Below, piece after piece: positions 1 through 6,708 of a stretch of DNA of 24,640 bases (position 1 is its first letter; each line of letters begins with the position of its first letter). Under the pieces are notes generated by a model. It saw only the letters and a program-made list of their open reading frames with translations. It searched no databases and had not been told where the DNA came from. Origin of the DNA: a virus (taxonomy: Duplodnaviria > Caudoviricetes); the IMG/VR virus record IMGVR_UViG_3300035235_001285, positions 1 to 24,640 of that record. One strand, written 5' to 3'. Position numbers and translations under genes: made by a program.

Positions 1-12
1 AAATGTAAAGGA
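1..12 (-). promoter_or_regulatory. -35 element (TCCTTTACA) of the next promoter, truncated by the window edge
   Basis: aaatgtaaagga is identical to the -35 block of several other promoters and sits immediately after the stop at 13-15. Confidence 0.55.
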
Positions 13-1068
13 TTAATTCATAAAAGATTCTAATGAAGTAGTACCACCATTATGTAGATGTCTAATAATCTTATCTACGTCATGAGTAGCAATACGTCGT
101 TTACTTATCTTTTCAGGCATTTTAAGCAGATCTGTGTATATACCATATTGGCATAAAGCAACTTCTGCTGTATATGTAGTTAATTCTGTTTGCTCAAATG
201 TATAAACCTTTTGACCAGAAACTTCAATATTGTGCCAGTACTTATCAAAGTGTAGTTTACCAAAGATCTTTTCTTGATTTTCACGTAACCATACAACTCT
301 TTCTCCTGGAGGAGCAATGCTATTTGTAACCTTAGGCATAAGCATTTTAAGAGTTTTCATACATCCTGGGCCAGGTATACAAAATGGCTCATCATGTGTA
401 AATGATATTTTTGGATTTGTTGATTGATCAGTTCCACCATGATAACCATAGTAAGCACCAATGCCTTCTTTAGAACAAAGTATTTCAACACATTCTTTTA
501 AAGTTTTAGAATTAAGTATTCTATCAACAGTACCATCAGTAATCCAACCAGCAAGCCAATGTATCATATTGATAGCGTGTTTATCTCTACCTTGTGATAC
601 TGCATAGTTATTGGCTGCTGATTGTAAAGAAGTGTGTAACTCAGTTTTAGACCAAATACTATACCCAATAGCTTTAGCTTTATCTAAGTTACTTCTTAAG
701 AACTTATTGTAGTCTTCATCATGTAATACACGTTCAAAATCAGTATATGCTTTCTTAGGATCCATTTCAGCATTAAGTACTCTATGGCAATCTCTACCAC
801 CATAAAAGTGAGTAATGACAAAATTCAATACTCTACTAGCATCTGAAATATTTGGATTAGTTGAAAGGTTACTTGCCATATAACGAAGACGATCATCCAT
901 AGTTACATTAGGACCAAAGTATTCAGTCTCAGCTTGTATAGCAATATCATCATTATTAAATGTTTTACTTACACCTGCACGGTAATCAAATCCTTCGATT
1001 ACTCTTGTCCAAAAGTAGTAAATATCTTCTGCTACTGACTTATCAATGTATGGTTCAAGGTTAGCCAT
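13..1068 (-). CDS. aGPT-Pplase / amino acid:DNA transferase-like protein (HhH fold, '5hmdU DNA kinase helical domain' family), putative DNA hypermodification transferase
   Basis: 351-aa ORF with motifs in the order typical of aGPT-Pplase clade 1: N-terminal D.AI...EYF.....DDR, HhH-like GIGAYYGYH..TD, FCIPGPG, and C-terminal EVALCQYGIY (cf. E..LCE..KY). Last gene of a base-modification operon. Confidence 0.62.
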   Translation of the reverse strand: MANLEPYIDKSVAEDIYYFWTRVIEGFDYRAGVSKTFNNDDIAIQAETEYFGPNVTMDDRLRYMASNLSTNPNISDASRVLNFVITHFYGGRDCHRVLNAEMDPKKAYTDFERVLHDEDYNKFLRSNLDKAKAIGYSIWSKTELHTSLQSAANNYAVSQGRDKHAINMIHWLAGWITDGTVDRILNSKTLKECVEILCSKEGIGAYYGYHGGTDQSTNPKISFTHDEPFCIPGPGCMKTLKMLMPKVTNSIAPPGERVVWLRENQEKIFGKLHFDKYWHNIEVSGQKVYTFEQTELTTYTAEVALCQYGIYTDLLKMPEKISKRRIATHDVDKIIRHLHNGGTTSLESFMN

Positions 1069-1487
1069 TAGAACAAATCAAGATCCATTTGATCGGTTTC
1101 ACTAGATTTAAAATAATGTCTTACATTCTCCTTTTCAACTAAGTTATGTTGTAATAGTACTACATTAATATGTGGCATCATTTTACGAATAATCTCAGCT
1201 TGTATAGGATCATCTTCATAATGTATTCCAAATCTCATTCCTGATTGCTCTAGGTAGAAAAGAGTCTGGCCTTTATGGCGGCCAGAACTCTCTCTTGTCT
1301 TTTGATCAAACGGTGTACTATTGTAATATACGTTATTAGTTATACCTTTTGATTTAAGCATAGCTTCTGTTTCAGGTTGCTCTTCTTTAGAACGACCAGT
1401 AATGATAATATCGTTTTTACTAGGATAAACTCCATCGAATTTATCCATAAAAATTACACCATCTATATCAAAAGAGTTTTTAAACAT
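1068..1487 (-). CDS. HAD-superfamily phosphatase (capless type)
   Basis: Motif I FDIDGV, motif II ITGR, Lys in HKG, motif IV YEDD. Start moved to ATG 1487 (GGAG RBS at 1497-1500; overlaps the MIPS stop). Confidence 0.8.
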   Translation of the reverse strand: MFKNSFDIDGVIFMDKFDGVYPSKNDIIITGRSKEEQPETEAMLKSKGITNNVYYNSTPFDQKTRESSGRHKGQTLFYLEQSGMRFGIHYEDDPIQAEIIRKMMPHINVVLLQHNLVEKENVRHYFKSSETDQMDLDLF

Positions 1488-2772
1488 AGTCAGTTTCTCC
1501 TGCTTGGAATGTGTATGCAAGATTTTTAGCCAAAGGTTTGTTGCTAAACAACTGTGGTTCAGTTAGTTTAGTAATTTCTCTTTGAGCTAGCATATCACAC
1601 TCATATTTAGACTCATCGGTCTTAAGCTGAAGAGGTGGTGTTTTCTGAGTCCAAGCAGAAGGACCACGAAGGTAACCTACAATGCCCATTTCAGATGCTA
1701 CCTTACAGAATCGAATAGCTGAAATTACAACACCACCTGAGTTAGGCGAATCTTGTACTTCCATACGAGCTGTAAGAGTATAACGTGCACCAGCAAAACC
1801 ATAAGCAACAATATCAAAGTTAGCAATCTTTTGATCACTACCAATGTAATCACCACCAGGCTTTTGCTGTACAGTAAGCGAAGGACCTGCAAACAAAGTC
1901 ATACCAGCAGTAGATGTATCCCTTACATGGTTTTGACCTTTCAACACGTTTTCTTTAGATACATGCTTATTCTTCAATCGCTCTTGTTTAGCCATATTCA
2001 AAAAGTCTGTATTTGCTGTACGTCCTGTACGAATATGCTCTTGACCTTGAGTAGATCCTGCAGCCATATTTGTTTGAATATGCTGAGTGACCATAAGACC
2101 AGAGTCTAGCATTGCACCTTGAAGTACTTCAGATAAACGAGATGCACCCCAAGCTGATCTCATATCAGAACCTACAATTGTAAGACCTGCATCGATAAAC
2201 TTTTGTTCAATCTTCTTAGTTTCTTTAGTAGAAATAAGAGTTGGAATACAATTCACAAAGTGACATCCAGCTGAAATTGCAGCATCCATATAGAACTCTG
2301 AAGCTCTTTCAGATCCAACTGGTAGATAGTTAATAAGAACATCAACACGTTCTTTAACCAATAGTTCTACAATGTCATCAAAAGAAATATGACTCTGTGC
2401 ACCAGTTCTAAATGATACCTCTTCAGGATACTCTAACATATGTGGTGCAACACCATCATACTCAGGACCTGAATGAACCATTGCTCCTGGTTTAATAGCA
2501 CCATATCCATTTGAAGTATCATCAATTGATGCAACATGGTTCATAGCACAATTAGGATCTGCCCTTAAAGCTTCAGCCAATGGACGGTTTACTTTACGCC
2601 TATCAACATCAAATCCAATTACAAATTCCATATCACCTGACTGATAGCCACCAATATCTTCATACATCAAACCCACTTTATCTTCTGGGTTTTCATTATA
2701 ATATTGAACACCTTCAACCAATGCTTTAGCACAGTTGCCAGTTCCAATAATCCCGACTTTAATTTTTTCCAT
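1480..2772 (-). CDS. ino1: myo-inositol-1-phosphate synthase (bacterial/archaeal Ino1 type)
   Basis: Rossmann motif VGIIGTGNCA, DVLINYLPVGSE, FVNCIP, NTDFLNM, K..SK, DQK, DSPNSGGV and KTPP match Ino1 blocks. AGGAG RBS upstream. Confidence 0.9.
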   Translation of the reverse strand: MEKIKVGIIGTGNCAKALVEGVQYYNENPEDKVGLMYEDIGGYQSGDMEFVIGFDVDRRKVNRPLAEALRADPNCAMNHVASIDDTSNGYGAIKPGAMVHSGPEYDGVAPHMLEYPEEVSFRTGAQSHISFDDIVELLVKERVDVLINYLPVGSERASEFYMDAAISAGCHFVNCIPTLISTKETKKIEQKFIDAGLTIVGSDMRSAWGASRLSEVLQGAMLDSGLMVTQHIQTNMAAGSTQGQEHIRTGRTANTDFLNMAKQERLKNKHVSKENVLKGQNHVRDTSTAGMTLFAGPSLTVQQKPGGDYIGSDQKIANFDIVAYGFAGARYTLTARMEVQDSPNSGGVVISAIRFCKVASEMGIVGYLRGPSAWTQKTPPLQLKTDESKYECDMLAQREITKLTEPQLFSNKPLAKNLAYTFQAGETDYV

Positions 2773-2789
2773 AACTTTCTCCTGTTATA

Positions 2790-3278
2790 TCAGTTTATTT
2801 GAGTGAGTGATTTGACTGGGAGGTCAGAGTAGCTCACATTAGCCTCATCAAACATAAATGAGGATATCGAAGTAGAGTTTTCCCAATGTGGTACCATTTC
2901 TGGATAACACATTACAACTCTAGTTATACCTGTTTGAATAATGCCTTTTGCACATTCATGGCAACAAGGTAAACCATAAATGTAAATAGTAGCATCCTTT
3001 AGTGATACACCATTCCAACTTGCATTGTAAATGGCATTCATTTCAGCATGTACTATATAGTTATACTTAGTTTCTCGATTGTTATATCTCTCCTCTGTAT
3101 CTTTTACACCACGTGGAAATCCATTGTAACCTTGAGCTAGTACTTGACCATTCTCTCCAATAACTACAGCGCCAATTTTCTTAGATGGATCTTTAGACCA
3201 ACTAGAAATTTGACGTGCTAGCTCCATATAGCGTATATCCCATTTATTCGACAAGATGAAAATGCCTTTCATAAACAT
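2790..3278 (-). CDS. cd: dCMP deaminase
   Basis: SKDPS..IGAV, GYNGFPRG, HAEMNAI and PCCHEC zinc motif. True start may be TTG at 3254. Confidence 0.92.
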   Translation of the reverse strand: MFMKGIFILSNKWDIRYMELARQISSWSKDPSKKIGAVVIGENGQVLAQGYNGFPRGVKDTEERYNNRETKYNYIVHAEMNAIYNASWNGVSLKDATIYIYGLPCCHECAKGIIQTGITRVVMCYPEMVPHWENSTSISSFMFDEANVSYSDLPVKSLTQIN

Positions 3279-3903
3279 GTAAGTTTTGTACTTGCCAAGT
3301 GATAAAGCCTGGATTAATACCTAGATCTTGTGATAAAGACTCAAGTACATTTTGTTGCCAAGCATAATCATTCTTATAGCCAAAGACTACATCATTAGAT
3401 CGCATTTGAACTACAGCTTGCAACTCATCGTTACGAACATAATAGGTAACTGCATTAGTACAAATAAAATCATTCTTACCAGCTTCATTGAATTCAACCC
3501 AAATTGAAGGACGTTGGTATATCATTGAAGCTCTACGAGTATCACGGTTTTCTTCTAGTTCCCATAAGACACGTTCATATTGATTGTAAAACTTATCATC
3601 ATAGATAAGATGACCATAGTTAGAATTAATCTCACCATGATCATTTGCTGCATACTGCCAAGCGGCCGGAGCATCTTTATCTGGATGAATATCGTTTACG
3701 TTAGTAGAGCATGAATTGTACCACTCTAACTCGGCTTCAACATAGTCTTGATTAACAGTACCGAAGATCGCCGGTTCATCGGCAAGGAAGGAAGCGCCGA
3801 GAAGCTCAATAGTCTTCTGGCCGGTTCGATCTTCGGTAAAGGCTTCGTCATGTAATTCATCAATGAAGTACTGACGGATATCTGATACAGTATATAATCT
3901 CAT
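3244..3903 (-). CDS. gp42: dCMP hydroxymethylase (T4 gp42-like thymidylate synthase homologue)
   Basis: Closely follows T4 gp42 as recalled: DRTGQKTIELLGASFLADEP.IFG, ELEWY, GEINSNYG, DFICTN (catalytic Cys), MRSNDVVFGYKNDYAWQ (Asp at the dCMP-specificity position), LHVYERHF. Confidence 0.9.
   Translation of the reverse strand: MRLYTVSDIRQYFIDELHDEAFTEDRTGQKTIELLGASFLADEPAIFGTVNQDYVEAELEWYNSCSTNVNDIHPDKDAPAAWQYAANDHGEINSNYGHLIYDDKFYNQYERVLWELEENRDTRRASMIYQRPSIWVEFNEAGKNDFICTNAVTYYVRNDELQAVVQMRSNDVVFGYKNDYAWQQNVLESLSQDLGINPGFITWQVQNLHVYERHFHLVE
3759..3838 (-). other. Predicted structured RNA element (three-way junction) inside the gp42 coding region
   Basis: Perfect 12-bp inverted repeat TACCGAAGATCG (3759-3770) / CGATCTTCGGTA (3827-3838), extended by CCGG/CCGG, enclosing two inner hairpins. 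Confidence 0.6.
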
Positions 3904-4217
3904 TTTTTATCCTTTGATTTGTAGCGATCATCCATTTCAGGATGTTCTTGCATATGTATCATTAAAATCATTAATTGTGTAGTAGCATGGGCAAGGTGAG
4001 ATAGACCAGAGTCTGGATCAATATCTTCACCTGCCCAAAAAGCATTCAAATGACGTTGAATAGAAGAGTATGTACGATTGGCCTGAGTGTTATGACCATC
4101 ATCACGCCAATTGTTATAGCCATACTTTTCAGCACCAAAGCGAAACACTTTAGCAATATCATAAAGCGCTTCAGGTGGGATCAAAGCCATAGGTGGTTTT
4201 TCTTTATCGAATTTCAT
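3900..4217 (-). CDS. dATP/dGTP diphosphohydrolase N-terminal domain family protein (DUF5664-like)
   Basis: KFDKEKPPMALIPPEAL, FGAEKYG.NNWR, RHLNAFWAGEDIDPDSGLSHLAHA signature. ATGA overlap with gp42. Confidence 0.8.
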   Translation of the reverse strand: MKFDKEKPPMALIPPEALYDIAKVFRFGAEKYGYNNWRDDGHNTQANRTYSSIQRHLNAFWAGEDIDPDSGLSHLAHATTQLMILMIHMQEHPEMDDRYKSKDKK

Positions 4218-4410
4218 TTTTACTCCATATTGCTAAAGTAGCTTTACTAGGTACATATACCTCAGTACCAAACCTTTTTGATTTGAAACCATAGTCTTTT
4301 GGAAAAGACTGGCGCGTACGAGAAGACCAGTCACCAGAAGACTTTGGTGATTTGTTAACATTACCATGGCGAGATGGCGCATTGGTGGCTGTATTAAAAG
4401 AGTATGACAT
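4204..4410 (-). CDS. small basic hypothetical protein (68 aa), first gene of the modification operon
   Basis: Strong RBS AAGGAAGGA and a promoter directly upstream; stop overlaps the next gene. Confidence 0.6.
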   Translation of the reverse strand: MSYSFNTATNAPSRHGNVNKSPKSSGDWSSRTRQSFPKDYGFKSKRFGTEVYVPSKATLAIWSKNEIR

Positions 4411-4443
4411 TTGGTTTCCTTCCTTTTATCATTTTATAAGTAT

Positions 4444-4472
4444 ATTATAACACAGTTTATGCGTATTGTAAA
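4444..4472 (-). promoter_or_regulatory. early sigma70-like promoter (TTTACA-N17-TATAAT, extended -10)
   Basis: + strand attata 4444-4449 and tgtaaa 4467-4472, 17-nt spacer, A-tract upstream. Confidence 0.8.
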
Positions 4473-5065
4473 GGACTTTTTTCACTTTTTTGCATTTCTT
4501 TTATGATACCTTCGTTATATACTTGGCACTCACCATCGTATTCAGCCATCTTATGATTATAGTAATGTGACTTATAATTTGAGAATTTAGACTTAGTAAC
4601 ATATTCTCTAAAAGAAGCTGGGTTAATTAACAACCTTGGATAAACTGCAAACCCAGTACCACTTACTACATTAGTAGCAACAACAATATAATCAGGATAA
4701 CCTGCATCATAGTTGCGGATTATCTTATCAACTACATGTGGATTGAATGACCACCAATAAGACTCTAAACTCATCCATTTAATTTCAAAACTGGTATTAC
4801 CTTGTTTGACATCCCAAGCATATGTTTCTCTAATTGTATGATCAAAATCTTGATTGTTTAAATCAGCGTTTGGTAAAGCATTCGCAATTCCAATTTCACA
4901 CGCCATAGAGTTGAACGTATGTCTGTAGATAGTGTCAGAGTTTCGTTTGTCTTTAATTTCATAAGCACGTTTTTGAATTCCTTCATATTGCCATTCAGTA
5001 CGTTTTAAGACACGATCATATTCTACAAATCGTGCGCCGGTTAGATGTGGTTTTAAATTAAGCAT
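4457..5065 (-). CDS. denB: DenB / endonuclease IV-like dC-specific endonuclease (PD-(D/E)xK fold)
   Basis: CEIGIA...RETYAWDV...FEIK and C-terminal VTKSKF..Y align by eye with T4 DenB (AEFFVA...PYTYAWDV...VEVK...VRKSNY). Start moved to ATG 5065, overlapping the upstream stop. Confidence 0.7.
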   Translation of the reverse strand: MLNLKPHLTGARFVEYDRVLKRTEWQYEGIQKRAYEIKDKRNSDTIYRHTFNSMACEIGIANALPNADLNNQDFDHTIRETYAWDVKQGNTSFEIKWMSLESYWWSFNPHVVDKIIRNYDAGYPDYIVVATNVVSGTGFAVYPRLLINPASFREYVTKSKFSNYKSHYYNHKMAEYDGECQVYNEGIIKEMQKSEKSPLQYA

Positions 5066-5990
5066 TTTTATATACAAACTCGATTGCTCGGTCTGCCTCC
5101 TTTTCAAGTGGCCGTGAGTCATACCACTGGCCTGTTTCATTATCAATCTCTTTACAGAGCTCTGCGATCTGGTAAGAAGTAATTGGATAGTTATTACTTA
5201 CTGCATTACCAGCAATAGATACCATAATACGATATAGACCATGATACCATCCTGTTTCGTTAATGGTCTTATATTCTGCCACTAACTTTCTATTTACAAA
5301 TGGACAATCATGATATGATGTCCAATTAATATCTGCTTTATCTGCTGAGTTTTTACGATGCTCAACAATTTGATTTTGTATTTCTTCAGGTAAGCGATCA
5401 AAGAATGTTGCCCCTTGTTTCTTTTCTTGCAATGGATACTTATCAATTAAGGCGTCAGGATCCAGATAACTGCCGTTAGTGTTACTGAATATAAAGTTGT
5501 ATGCACCAGCATATTTGCCTGGGACGTAATACATTCTTGAAAGATCTTTAGTTTGTCGATCTCCGATTGAGTCAAGGAGTGTGTTGAGGGCGTACCAGAA
5601 TTTCTTAATTCTACCTTTTCCAACTCTTCCTTTAAGAGGGAAGACAATTCGAAACTTCGGATGATCACGGGTAGAGCTTGCAGTACTATAACAAACGTAA
5701 TACCAATTACCGTATAGAGAGGCAAGTTCATTTTGTAGGTCTCCTTCAAATTTATGTTCATCAACATCAACTGCAGCCCAGCCAGCCCACTCAATAACAT
5801 TTGCATTTGCACGAGTGGTTTCTGGCATATAGACTGCAGGTGACATCAATGGAGCATCTTTCTTAGATGCAATAGGTCTCTTTGATAATTGATACAGTGA
5901 CTCTTCAAAAGCATCAAAGTTTTTGAATACTAGTCTAGTGTCAGTTCTATTATCATAGATACTTTTAAAAAGTGTAGTCGAGACAACCAT
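5058..5990 (-). CDS. AEP-like primase/primase-polymerase domain protein
   Basis: R...NV...WAAVDVD (DxD), YSTASS...PKFRIVFPL and D...KDLSRMYYVP motifs typical of phage prim-pol domains, plus a helical C-terminal domain. Confidence 0.65.
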   Translation of the reverse strand: MVVSTTLFKSIYDNRTDTRLVFKNFDAFEESLYQLSKRPIASKKDAPLMSPAVYMPETTRANANVIEWAGWAAVDVDEHKFEGDLQNELASLYGNWYYVCYSTASSTRDHPKFRIVFPLKGRVGKGRIKKFWYALNTLLDSIGDRQTKDLSRMYYVPGKYAGAYNFIFSNTNGSYLDPDALIDKYPLQEKKQGATFFDRLPEEIQNQIVEHRKNSADKADINWTSYHDCPFVNRKLVAEYKTINETGWYHGLYRIMVSIAGNAVSNNYPITSYQIAELCKEIDNETGQWYDSRPLEKEADRAIEFVYKNA

Positions 5991-6384
5991 GATTACCTTT
6001 GTGACTTGGTGATTCCCAACCTTCAGGTTTTACCAAATCAGGTAAACCTAGTGGATTAGGTCTTTCAGCCTTTTCGCCAACTTGCTTATTCATATTAGCT
6101 TTTAGTACTTCATCCCAAGCTTTATGGGCATCAACACCAAACGCATCCAATGTACCAATTGCAACAACACATAAATCAATAAGACCATCAACAATCTCTT
6201 CAGGATCATTGTTAGCTACAGCCTGTGTTGTTTCATCTAATTCTTCTTTAATAAATGCAAGACGAAACTCAAGAAACTTACGAAGAGTTTCAGTTTCTAC
6301 ATTCATTAATTTTATGCCCATCCATTGATCAACACCATACTTAGTATGCATGCCCTCAATGTCTTTAGCCCAGTCTTTACTCAT
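5965..6384 (-). CDS. MazG-like / PRA-PH family nucleoside triphosphate pyrophosphohydrolase
   Basis: FRLAFIKEELDE, EIVDGLIDLCVVAIG, AWDEVLKANMNK, KPEGW..P. Start moved to ATG 6384 (GGAG RBS). Confidence 0.8.
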   Translation of the reverse strand: MSKDWAKDIEGMHTKYGVDQWMGIKLMNVETETLRKFLEFRLAFIKEELDETTQAVANNDPEEIVDGLIDLCVVAIGTLDAFGVDAHKAWDEVLKANMNKQVGEKAERPNPLGLPDLVKPEGWESPSHKGNHGCLDYTF

Positions 6385-6408
6385 ATCTTTCTCCATTTCT
6401 TATAGTAT

Positions 6409-6437
6409 ATTATATCACACTTTTGTGTCATTGTAAA
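6409..6437 (-). promoter_or_regulatory. early sigma70-like promoter
   Basis: attata 6409-6414, tgtaaa 6432-6437, 17-nt spacer, TGn extension. Confidence 0.8.
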
Positions 6438-6708
6438 GGAAAACTTTCATAGCTTTTGCAATTACTTTAGGATCTTGTAAAGGTAAGTGAGAACCACCAG
6501 CTCCAGTCCATCCTTCAAACTCTTTATCATAGAATCCTATATTGCATTCATTTGGATTATTATCCTGTAGATCTCTTAATTCATTAGCCCATTCTTGCCA
6601 CTGAAAGTCATCAACAATACAATCATCTTTCTCATAGTAGATATATGAATGAACTAGCATTTGAGATCGCCTTTGGCGTATCTTTTCTTTTATTGTTTGA
6701 TTAACCAA
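6415..6708 (-). CDS. stand-alone protein resembling the N-terminal Ia subdomain of NAD-dependent DNA ligase
   Basis: HSYIYYEKDDCIVDDFQW...ANEL.DLQ resembles the LigA Ia motif (H..YY..d.p.isD.eyD.L..eL). TTG start at 6708 with GGAGG RBS inside the gp43 3' end. Confidence 0.55.
   Translation of the reverse strand: MVNQTIKEKIRQRRSQMLVHSYIYYEKDDCIVDDFQWQEWANELRDLQDNNPNECNIGFYDKEFEGWTGAGGSHLPLQDPKVIAKAMKVFLYNDTKV

Noticed and set aside
2790-3903. Interpretation as a 5hmU (thymine-replacement) pathway via dCMP deaminase plus dUMP hydroxymethylase
   Set aside because: Disfavoured rather than excluded: the TS homologue has the dCMP-type Asp, a DenB-like nuclease is nearby, and ThyX is retained.
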